A program made the position numbers and the translations under genes. From contig CM035353.1 in NCBI GenBank assembly GCA_020137815.1, positions 992,001 through 1,056,000 of the forward strand: 64,000 bases of DNA. The letters run 5' to 3'. This DNA comes from Hormiphora californensis (Eukaryota; Animalia; Ctenophora). This document shows, piece after piece, positions 24,857 to 36,222 of the stretch. The notes beneath the pieces were generated by a model. That model ran no database searches and had not been told where the DNA came from. It worked only from the letters and a program-made list of their open reading frames with translations. Each line of letters starts with the position of its first letter. Positions within the stretch are counted from its first letter, which is position 1.

Positions 24857-26370
24857 CCTTGCATATTATGTTCATACCCTTTTCTTTATCACATCTCCAT
24901 GTATTGGATCAGGATGTGTATTATAAGAAAGTCCATATTGCCATCTTGAGTTGCCTGTTTCCGTGCTCATATACATGAACAATTCAAGGAAATGGCCAGC
25001 TTTTTCTTTAATTATATAATCAATCCCGGTCCAACTCTCTAAACGATATAATACACTAGGAAGTGCAGTTCTTGGCTAGATACCATGTCTTGTGAGAGAT
25101 GATTGATATATCTTGATTACTGCAAGTTTAGGTATAAAAGTGGATCTGTTTAGCTTGTGTTTATAATTTAAATAGTTTTCTCTCTTATTTGAAATTGAGT
25201 TACAGTCAGTACATGTACAAGTCAAAAATAGGGTCATCATTCATCAAAAGTATTGATTCAACAAGGACCCACTGCGTTATTTCCTATTTGGTTTCAGATT
25301 GGAATAGTTGTATGAGATCGCACCGTATTCCAATTTGGTTCAAGCCAATATATGGCAATGATTACTATTATATATACTTGTATAGTATTAAAAGTAGTAT
25401 ATTACAGAATCAGTGTCATATAGAGGCCTAGGCCAATAAGCTACTTTGCAATTTAAACTGGTTTAAAGGTGTGAAGAAAAACAATTTTGCAGCGACAATT
25501 TTAGCAATTGTCACTTCTTGTAAGTTTGTAGGTAATATGCTTGTTCCGTTCGAAGGGTGCATTGTTCAAGAACAAAATTCTTAAGAATTAAACACGCATC
25601 GGTTTGTTGAGTATGCAACATCTGGTGGTGTTACATAATTAGGTGGGGTGACATTATAATACGTGACCTGTAATAATAGTGTGAACGAACTATTATTCAG
25701 TATACATGCGTATGAAAGTAAATATACCTTATTACTCATGTATTCTACACACGCAGGTCGCAGCAGCGCTATATAATATTGGGTGTTTTACATCAGTGTA
25801 ATGAATGTATCAAGTAGATGATATTGATGTCTGCATTACAGATGAATAGTACTATAGTAGTAGTAGTAGCTTATACACGAGTATAATAGTACTCGTTATG
25901 AGTCTACAGCATTTAACAATAATATATCTAGATAGTGTACTACATTCAATTGCCCCGGCATACTATATACAAACTTGTAATGCTGTATAAGTCATATTGT
26001 TTCAGGATCTATACCATTGAATTGTCATTCTCGTAGTTTTATTTACTATTTATTTACTATTTTGTTTGCTATTTATTATTTAGTATTCTTCTGCTTATTA
26101 CATAAATATATATATTGCAGTGGAAATAGGGCCGTGGCAGCCGACCCTGATGTTCAGGCACGACTATTTCCCTCAAAACTAGTCTACTTCTGTTTACAGA
26201 TACTGAATTCCCTCTGGTATACAGAATTAACAGATACTGCATTCCCTCTTACTTGCTGCAATACCACATATAATTGGTTATCGTTCTAATTGTATATTTT
26301 CTGATTTCTCGTATATTTTATACAGCTATAATATACAATACTATTCCTACAGCAGCAGCAGTGCAACACC

Positions 26371-29300
26371 ATGGCTCCGGATATTGTAACTTCTGTTATT
26401 TTGTTAATTGTAAACATAGCTTTCCTATGTTTTGGAGGCCTTATTTTCAGTGTCATTGAGTCCAACGCCCTTGATAAACAGGTGAGCTGTACAACAGTAC
26501 TTTCTAAATCTATATGGCCGTGAAAAGAACAATATAATATATCTCAATCCCACTGATGCTGTTATTCTCAAAATCAAATTCCTGCAGCTGGCGCGATATG
26601 CGGAGATTAGGGGCCAAATGCACGCAGCAGCGGACAGACCCGGTTACCCAGGGTAAGTGTATATAAACCTATTAGGCCCCCTCTAGGTAGGGTAGGCCAG
26701 GTAGGGTAGGGTAGGGGAGGTGCATATAATCCTATTATAATGAACCTATTAGGGCCCCCTCTAGGTAGGGTAGGCCAGGTAGGGTAGGGTAGGTGTATAA
26801 TCCTATTATAATGAACCTATTAGGGCCCCCTCTAGGTAGGGTAGGCCAGGTAGGGTAGGGTAGGGTAGGTGTATAATCCTATTATAATAACAGTTGCTGT
26901 CTGATGGCTCCGACCCCGTTTCGATTATCGAGCGCTGCCAGACTCTAATTGACCTTTGTGATCACGCAGTATTTTGATGCTCTGTACTGTTTAGGCTTGA
27001 TTATCTGGTGAATAACGCGACAGTGAAATGTGGAAATGAACGTGTAGTGCCGTGGACATACGGTCAGTCCTTTAACTTCGCCCTCTCGATCGTGACTACT
27101 GTTGGTACGTATATAACTAGCTATTAATGTATGATAATGATGTGATACTAAATAATTATACCAGGCTGTGTCATGTCCTAACTTTACTCTTTCCTGTCTA
27201 GGTTGGGGAGTCATGTCCTAACTTTACTCTTTTCTGTCTAGGTTGGGGAGTCATGTCCTAACTTCACTCTTTTCTATCTAGGTTGGGGAATCATGTCCCC
27301 GTCTAACTTTACTCTTTTCTGTCTAGGTTGGGGAGTCATGTCCTAACTTTACTCTTTTCTGTCTAGGTTGGGGAGTCATGTCCTAACTTTACTCTTTTCT
27401 GTCTATAGGTTGGGGAGTCATGTCCTAACTTTACTCTGTCTAGGTTGGGGAGTCATGTCCTAACTTTACTCTTTTCTGTCTAGGTTGGGGAGTCATGTCC
27501 TAACTTCACTCTTTTCTGTCTAGGTTGGGGAATCATGTCCCCGTCTAACTTTACTCTTTTCTGTCTAGGTTGGGGAGTCATGTCCTAACTTTACTCTTTT
27601 CTGTCTAGGTTGGGGAGTCATGTCCTAACTTCACTCTTTTCTGTCTAGGTTGGGGAGTCATGTCCTAACTTTACTCTTTTCTGTCTAGGTTGGGGAGTCA
27701 TGTCCTAACTTCACTCTTTTCTGTCTAGGTTGGGGAGTCATGTCCTAACTTTACTCTTTTCTGTCTAGGTTGGGGAATCATGTCCCCGTCTAACTTCACT
27801 CTTTTCTGTCTAGGTTGGGGAGTCATGTCCTAACTTTACTCTGTCTAGGTTGGGGAGTCATGTCCTAACTTTACTCTTTTCTGTCTAGGTTGGGGAGTCA
27901 TGTCCTAACTTTACTCTTTTCTGTCTAGGTTGGGGAGTCATGTCCTAACTTCACTCTTTTCTGTCTAGGTTGGGGAGTCATGTCCTAACTTTACTCTTTT
28001 CTGTCTAGGTTGGGGAGTCATGTCCTAACTTTACTCTTTTCTGTCTAGGTTGGGGAGTCATGTCCTAACTTTACTCTGTCTAGGTTGGGGAGTCATGTCC
28101 TAACTTTACTCTTTTCTGTCTAGGTTGGGGAGTCATGTCCTAACTTCACTCTGTCTAGGTTGGGGAGTCATGTCCTAACTTTACTCTTTTCTGTCTAGGT
28201 TGGGGAGTCATGTCCCTGTCTAACTTCACTCTTTTCTGTCTAGGTTGGGGAGTCATGTCCCCGTCTAACTTCACTCTTTCCTGTCTAGGTTGGGGAGTCA
28301 TGTCCCCGTCTAACTTTACTCTGTCTAGGTTGGGGAGTCATGTCCCCATCTAACTTTACTCTTTCCTGTCTAGGTTGGGGAGTCATGTCCTAACTTTACT
28401 CTGTCTAGGTTGGGGAGTCATGTCCCCGTCTAATTTTACCACAAAGGCTGTGGTGTGTATATATGCCCTCCTTGGTATACCTGTATTTGCTATGCTCATC
28501 GGACTCATCAAAGATAAATGTGGGAGGATGTTCAGGAAAATGGTAAGTTGCATCTAATATACTATCTAATACAGTCGGACCCCGATTTACCGGGAGGATA
28601 ATCTTCCCCCGAAATAGGAAATTAACAGTATTTGACCCCGATATACCGGGCATCCCGATATACCGGGCAAAACCCTTTCCCCCGAGCATCCCGGTAGAAT
28701 TAATTTCATTACCAAGGATACACTACGATTCTACTATATGTTAATTCTCTCACTCTCTCTGCAGGTTAAGGTATCCCGTGATGTTAGTTGGTATTGGATC
28801 CCCCTTAGCTTTGTCATTTTTGTGACTGTCTTTGCAAATATCGCCGTCAACATGGGCTTAGAGATGGGGAAACAGAAACTAAAGGACATACTGGGCTTTG
28901 AGTGCACTGTCATTGAACCATTCAAATATTGGCAGGTCCGGTATACTAACTATTACATATATAGGGTTGGCTCCATTGCAACCTATTCTCGCTCCGCGAA
29001 GAATGTATGTGAGATCGATCTCAGTCGCGCGCGACGTCGATCTCACTCAGGTATATCATGTCAATGTGGCCAACATATAGGGCTTATCTCCATCTAGTCT
29101 TTCTTTGAGTAAAGAATTGTAAAACTATAACTACTAAAAGAGTTTTCCAAATTCGAATATTTCAGGAGAATTCCTCTATTTGGGACGCTATTTACTTTGG
29201 ATTTATTACAGTCAGTACGATTGGTTTCGGTGATACATATCTCAGGTAATATCTCATGAGAGTCATGATCAGGGATCCCTTAGATATTCATGTTCATGTT

Positions 29301-29789
29301 TGTTTTGTTATAGGTACATAGACAATTGTTAAGACTGTCTTGTACTCGGTACATGAGCAATACAAAATACATACTGGTAATTTTGTTTGATTAATTAATG
29401 TTAATCGAATATGCGTCGACCTAATTACCCCATATATTTATAGGGTGAGTGAGTGCAAAGGAAACAGTGCAGACAGCGTCGTTTCTGCTATCACTGGATT
29501 CGTCCTATTCTCCTATCTCCTAGGTAAACAAGATTGATTAATAATTACGAAGCTGTAATAATTTGTAAAAATAAAACACACTTTTGGCTACATAATATAT
29601 ATTTGATTTAGTTGAACACCCCCCTCACCTCTTATATCTGTTCCAGGTATGATAGGACATCTGTTTGATGTGCTTAGTGAGAAGTCCCAAAGTGGATTCA
29701 CCCGACTCTCAGCCAGACTGTCCAAGAGATACAGTGATACAGAATCAAGCTCTAAGGGAACTACAGAAAACCGCCGGTATGGCGGGTAA
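26371..29789 (+). CDS. Two-pore-domain potassium channel (K2P/KCNK-like), paralog B, ~297 aa, 8 exons
   Basis: Exons 26371-26481, 26588-26652, 26995-27104, 28409-28542, 28765-28935, 29166-29245, 29444-29523, 29647-29789 join in frame. TM1 AFLCFGGLIFSVIE; P1 WTYGQSFNFALSIVTTVGWGVMSP; TM2 KAVVCIYALLGIPVF; P2 IWDAIYFGFITVSTIGFGD; TM4 AITGFVLFSYLLG. The 3' end could extend further. Confidence 0.88.
26666..26890. repeat. Three-copy G-rich tandem repeat (~70-75 bp) in K2P-B intron 2
   Basis: AACCTATTAGGGCCCCCTCTAGGTAGGGTAGGCCAGGTAGGGTAGGGTAGG...TATAATCCTATTATAAT three times. Confidence 0.88.
27170..28430 (+). repeat. 40-bp minisatellite (35/42/45-bp variants) built from the intron-3/exon-4 junction of K2P-B; 31 AG|GT junctions
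   Basis: Unit GTTGGGGAGTCATGTCCTAACTTTACTCTTTTCTGTCTAG. I counted AG|GTTGGGGA junctions from 27201 to 28408. Only the last continues into the full exon. Confidence 0.95.
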
Positions 29790-29917
29790 CCATGGTAACC
29801 AGTAACCATGGTAACCATGGTAACCGTGGTAACCATGGTAACCAGTAACCATGGTAACCATGGTAACCATGGTAACCAGTAACCATGGTAACCATGGTAA
29901 CTGCATGGTAACCATGG
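29786..29917. repeat. (GTAACCATG)n 9-bp tandem repeat
   Basis: Direct reading. Confidence 0.95.
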
Positions 29918-30316
29918 TCCTTTGCCGCGATGTTGTCAAAAGTGCAGGTTGAAGACTATAAAGGAGCAGTTTATTTTTTGTGTGATATAAAACTGACTCA
30001 GATACAAATTTTAATTGGAGTAATGCACTACGAAATGCCTTGGGTTTCTCGACAAGTTGGCCTTCCAATGACAAAACTTAGAGGGAGGTACTATATAATT
30101 AGACATTTCAAAAACTTTAAAACATTTCAAACATGTTAAATGCTGTGATTATATCAAGAACTTTTCGATTGTGCTTTATTGATTTCTGTTGGTAGTCATG
30201 TATTCATTATATTACACTGATATAATTTATCGAGAGTGAAAATAAATTGAATTCAAGGTTGATGAAGTACCTATTAACATGATGTGTAACCGTTCAGCTG
30301 ATAAATACCCGGCTTC

Positions 30317-30622
30317 TTGGTGACGCAGTCACCCTTAGGCAGCGGATTACGGGGGCCCGGATGAGACGCCCGTACCAGTCGCCCGTACCAGTCGCCCGTA
30401 CATTTGCTTTGCGCATTACGTTTCACCACAACAAAACACATGTGCGTAACGCGCATGTACCTTATTTGTGGTGAAAGTGCGATGAAACGTAATGCGCAAA
30501 GCAAATGTACGGGCGACTGGTACGGGCGATCTATACGGGCGATCTATTCGAGCCCCCGTAATCCCCCGTGTTACAACTCGCGCGCGTAGCGCGCGAAAAC
30601 GAAGCCCGCGAAGCATCACCAA
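30317..30622. mobile_element. MITE with 9-bp TSD (Mutator-like)
   Basis: CCCGGCTTC|TTGGTGACGC ... GCATCACCAA|CCCGGCTTC. Strong internal hairpin (CGCCCGTACCAGTCGCCCGTACATTTGCTTTGCGCATTACGTTTCA and its reverse complement). Confidence 0.7.
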
Positions 30623-31702
30623 CCCGGCTTCCATTTGGTACTGGAAGAGATGGAGCTTTTTATGTCGTATAATAGTCGTGATATTGCCTCGACCTCATCA
30701 GTGTTATAGTTGCATCATCAAAATGTGTATATTAGTTATTTTATTTACTTCCATTATTTTAACATTCATCACTAAAAAAGCGCTTGTGTTTGCTATCGTT
30801 TCATGTGTATCATCAAGAAAATTGGGCCAAGTTTGCCGCAAAAGTTGTTAAAACGTAGCTCCAATGTCGTGTATATCATAATCCGGCGCTGACAATTGTA
30901 TAGCTTTCTCATGGAAACTCGAGAATTCGGCTAATAGGTCGGATACGAGAGTTAACTGGTCTAAATTCCATAGTAGTGGTAGGGCCAGGGTGCCGGTAAG
31001 CGGTAAATGTAGATATGTGATTATATATTTTGACAAAAACTCAGCCATTTCTTGACCGATTTGCAATCTTGGGCTCATTGGAAAGAGGACATTGAGCTCT
31101 TTCAAATGAGCCGAAAGAAATGAAAATCGTCGCAGACAGACAGACAGAAAGGGGCGTTGCAGTTTTGATCCTTTGTAATCCCCTTTGTAATACTTTACGC
31201 CTTTACGGGGTGCAGTAAAGTAAGGTCGAGCAGGTCGATCAACTTTTAAAAAGTTGTCGCTTTCTCTTTTCTTTTGCTTTATCCTTTGGGCTTTGTTCCA
31301 TATGAGTGTGCGGAATCGTACGTAAGTGCTAAGTGCTGTTTACAAAATTCTACGTCCACGTGACAGAAATTCTTCTACGTGACAGAAATTCTTCTACAGA
31401 GTCTTCGATCAATTCAAATCATGATTTTGCTGTTACTTTGTCTTGGCACCCTAGTGGACTGTGAAACAACACAAAACACAAACAACACCGTCCAACAGTT
31501 CAGGGGGTGTGCCGCATTCACCCACTGCAGCTGGGACAGGTCGTGAATGCCCCATATCTAGTATCAACGAAGAGTTCCTGGTTCGTAAATGTCCCAATAT
31601 ACGCCAATTGACAACGATGCAAAACTTCACCGGACAAAGCTCGATGCAGAGAATGTCTTGCATTGGCTCGCCCACATTGAGTTTTGATATAATGAAGACA
31701 CA

Positions 31703-31802
31703 NNNNNNNNNNNNNNNNNNNNNNNNNNNNNNNNNNNNNNNNNNNNNNNNNNNNNNNNNNNNNNNNNNNNNNNNNNNNNNNNNNNNNNNNNNNNNNNNNN
31801 NN
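31703..31802. other. Assembly gap (100 N)
   Basis: Run of N. Confidence 1.
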
Positions 31803-32708
31803 GTACAGACGTGCTTGAGACGAGTTTTGGGCAAAGACGGCCACGGGTTTGGTTTCCGTCTGATTTCAGGGAGTTCCGTCTGATTTCGTCGAACACCGTC
31901 TGATTTCGTCCATGCTGGATCAAGGTAATTGCTCAAAAAATGACACAAAAAAGGCACATAACATGCAGACGCTGATTTTTCATCTCAGCGCTGCAAATAG
32001 CCGCCGCGCGGCGCGTGTATAACATATTCAAAATTTAAACTTGGGTATGAAAAACAGCGCGGCGTTTGCCAAGTTTACGTTTCTGGTTGGAATGCGCTGC
32101 AGCCCCCTCATGCGCGCACCCCCGCAACGAGGGGACTGGAGGGAATGCCGCGCGCGCGTTTGGCCTGATCCCGGCTGGGTCGAAGATAACTTTGCGGTCG
32201 AAAAAACGGCGGTGCCTATAACTTTGGCTCCTGAAGTCCGTTTGACTTGATTCTTTCACCAGTTGTTAGATCTGACGATTATATACCTTGCTGTTTTTGA
32301 GAGAAGTTAATTGGACTTAAGGAGGCTGAGCAATAGCCGTTGAAAGATGGGTTGTTTTCAAAAAGTGACGTCACAGATTCTTGCAGGGACACCATTTTTA
32401 AAATTTCATTCAAATTTCGATTTTACCGCACTCGATTTTGCGGAGTTTGGTTCATATCTCCTGTTCCTGATAAGATAGAGACTTGAAACCGGTTGCATTT
32501 GAAAGCTGTTATCTTCCTCTTTCCAACGCTACCAAAACGATTTCTGTACCTTATCTGGAACCGGAGATATGATTGATTATGTATTCCCCCCTAGCGCGGT
32601 ATTCCCTCCAGGCCCCTTATATTATATTATAAGGGGCCTGCAACGTATGCCAACGTTTCTGGCCAGCGTTAAAATCTGGGTGTTTTGGGAGTGCTGACAA
32701 ACGGTTTT

Positions 32709-32766
32709 TTAGGGTTAGGGCTAAAGTAGGGTTAGGGTTAGGGTTGGGGTTTGGGTTGGGGTTAGG
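32709..32766 (+). repeat. Degenerate (TTAGGG)n telomere-like tract
   Basis: TTAGGGTTAGGGCTAAAGTAGGGTTAGGGTTAGGGTTGGGGTTTGGGTTGGGGTTAGG. Confidence 0.8.
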
Positions 32767-32769
32767 CCT

Positions 32770-35700
32770 TGACATTTCCTACCAGATAAACTTTGAATTA
32801 GCTTAAACGGCTGAGTGGTTCGGCGGTGGCATGAGACTGGAGCGAAGGGTAAACAAGGTTGTAGGACTTTAAGGATTGGGCTCGGAAATTGCTTTTCCCT
32901 CCGAAATAAGGTTAACTCGGTCCTGGGTATGATGGTAGAGAATGATTTGGACATCTTAGCTCTAACTGAGACCTGGTTAAAAACGGGAGAGACTGCTGTG
33001 GAAGCCGAAGTTGCAGAGTGGAGGCATAAATTAGTAAGTGCTCCACGGAAAGGGAAAAGAGGGGGAGGGGTTGCGTTTATGATGAGGAATAAGATCAAGT
33101 ACTCTCGATGTAACACTTCCCAAAAGTCTTTTGAGTGCTTGGAGATTTTCGTGAAAGGGACGGTTGGTGTTAGACTTGCGGTTGTCTATCGAACGGGGAA
33201 TGATTACGGCCATTTCATTACGGAGTTTGGGGCATACTTGAACTCATTTCTGTCTAAAGGAGGTACTCCAGTCATATTGGGTGATTTTAATGTAAGGTAC
33301 CAAGATGATTCTGATCGCTTTACTCAAAAATTCAAGGGACTTTTATCGATGGAGGGATGGTCTCAGCATGTCCTGGGAGCGACACATATCAGAGGTGGTT
33401 TACTGGACCTGATTCTAACCAGGGATACGGATGGTACGAACCTTACCGGGCTGGAGATTTATCGGTCACCTGTTCTTCCTGATCACTCACTCGTTAGTTT
33501 TTCTATGGATGTAGCTGGTTTCAGTGCTAATAAGGCCGTTAAGGTTGTACGAAGTCGTAAAATGAAGGACTTGGATATCGAGGATCTCAAGGAGGACATT
33601 CTCCAATCTGACCTGTGTGATGAACTGCCCAACGATCTGGATGACTGTGTAGAACTCTACAACTCCTCACTTACTTCTTTCATGGACAACCGAGCGCCTG
33701 TAATAACTAGAGTGGTTAGTGAGAGGGACGAGCAATGGTTTTCAGAGAACTATGAGGTATGCCAGGCTGCGAAAACTGAGAAAAGGAGAAAGGAGAGGAA
33801 ATATCGTGCTGTACTCAAGACGTCAACAGATCCTGCTGAACTTGTTAAACATTTTAACGCTTCAAAAGAACAGGAAAAGGACTCCGAGAAAATCTTGAAT
33901 GAAACGAGGGAAAAGTTCTTCTCCAAAAAACTTGAATTACAGAAGGATGATCCACGGGGAACATGGCAAACAACGCACCATCTAATGGGGACTAAGAGGG
34001 TGGAGGTTATGCCGGGACACATTGAAAAGGACAGGCTCGCAGACTCTTTCATGGCGGCATTCAAGGGTAAGGTTGATAAAATCTATCGAAAAATGGAGGA
34101 GAAGCTACGAAATGAATCTGATGGTCGTGAATTACAATACCTAACTCAATCTCCAAATGCACCGCGAGTGCCATCATTCAAATTTCAACCGGTGTCTGAT
34201 ACAGTCTTAAGATCGACCATTATGGAGATGGGAACGAAACATTGCGAGCTGGATCCTATACCCACTTCTTTTGTCAGACGATTATTTGGAGAACTCCTCC
34301 CGGTCCTATCTAAGATAGTGAACGACAGCCTATTATCTGGTAAATTCCCTACTGCTTTGAAAACTGCTCTTATTCGTCCTTTGATTAAGAAGTCAGATCT
34401 TGACGCCGATGATCTGGGTAACTACAGACCTGTCAGCAACCTACCATTCCTTGGCAAGCTCATTGAAAAGTGTGCAGCTGATCAGTTCGTCAAGCATCTG
34501 GAAGATAACAACCTTCTATCGAGACATCAATCTGCATATAGACAGCATAAAAGCTGTGAAACTGCCACCCTACGCATATTTGACGATTTGCTAACACTGA
34601 CGGACGAAAGATCGAAGGTGGTGCTCCTGTTATTAGACTTGAGTGCGGCTTTCGATACGGTGAACCACTCGACACTCCTCAAACGATTGGAGCAGCTATA
34701 TGGTGTCAGTGATACCTCTCTTGACTGGTTCCGGAGTTACCTTACGGGTAGGGGTGCTTCTGTGATGGTGGGTGAGTTGAAATCGGCTTTTACTGAGTTG
34801 ACTATTGGAGTGCCTCAGGGATCGATCCTGGGTCCTATTCTGTTCATATGCTACACGAAGGAGCTGGAACTAATTGCTGAGAAACACGGAGTAGGTATCC
34901 ATTTTTACGCAGATGATACCCAGGTGTACGCTGCATATTCAGCGGATGACTTCTCTGATATTGAACAGAAGTTGCAGGCCTGCGTTTCGGATATACAGGC
35001 CTGGCTCACGACTAATTTTCTCCAACTGAACCCTACAAAGACTGAAGTTATGATCCTATCTCCCAGAGGAAGTACCTCTGTAGACTCAGTACAGCTGTTC
35101 AAAGAGGGCACACCCACTGTGGTCACGAACTCGGCAAGGAATCTGGGGGTGTACTTTGACTCTAAACTCTCCATGGATGAACATGTGTTGAAGGTGGTCA
35201 ATGCATGTAAGTCCACTCTGGTTAATTTATGGAGAATCGCCGGGAAGTTGTCGCGAAGACTAAGAACATTACTAGTCTGCAGCTTGATCCACTCCAAAAT
35301 GGATTACTGTAACTCCCTGATGACCGGAATGACAAAGAAGAACGTACAAGAGCTTCAAAAGATCCAAAATGCCGCATCACGTTTCATCTATGGCCAGAGG
35401 CGTTGGCGAGGTACGACCCAGCTACGGAAGGAGCTTCATTTCCTCCCGGTCTCTGAGCGAATTGAGTATAAAACCTGTGTTCTGGTATTCAAATGCTTAA
35501 ACGGACTTGCACCCGACTATCTTAGTGGTCGCCTGCTTAAGAGGAAAACAAAATCAATAGGACTGCGTGCAGATGGAGATAAACTTTTGCTTGAAATCCC
35601 CCATCCAAATTACAAGACAACTGATCGTGCATTCAGCGTATCGGGACCTCGACTATGGAACAAACTGCCAAGAGAATTGCGTGAATCAGAGACTCTAAAA

Positions 35701-36074
35701 CGTTTTAAAGTGGATCTAAAGACGTTTTTGTTCTGTAGGGCTTTTGGTGTGTAAGGAGCTGAAATGTCCATTGTGAAAATAGGAATCCGTTGAATTTCTA
35801 GAGTTAGTAGGAGCCAGGAGATATAGAGGAGGTTGTTTGTGTGTCTGGTGGTCAGTTGTATACTTATTATTGTGTGTGTTCTAGGAAGTGGAGATTTGGG
35901 AGTTGATTGGTTTCTTTTATGTGACGGATCCCCAGAACTCGGTAAAAAAAGAGCCTGGGTTAAAAAATCAAAAAAGCAAAGAAAAAAAAGAAAAAAAAAA
36001 AAAAGGAAAAAAAAAAAAAAAAAAAAAGAATCAAAAAAAATCAAAAAATCAAAAAGAGGCAATAATAAAAAGAA

Positions 36075-36111
<37 letters not shown>

Positions 36112-36145
36112 CCCACCCTTCTTTCTCTCAACCTCTTTTCTTCTA

Positions 36146-36222
<77 letters not shown>

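Noticed and set aside
27170-28430. CRISPR-like regular repeat array
   Set aside because: Units are contiguous with no unique spacers, no cas genes are present, and the context is a eukaryotic intron.
31020-31150. Helentron/DINE-like remnants (also ~45030-45945)
   Set aside because: Repeat-like motifs and microsatellites are present, but no termini could be defined.
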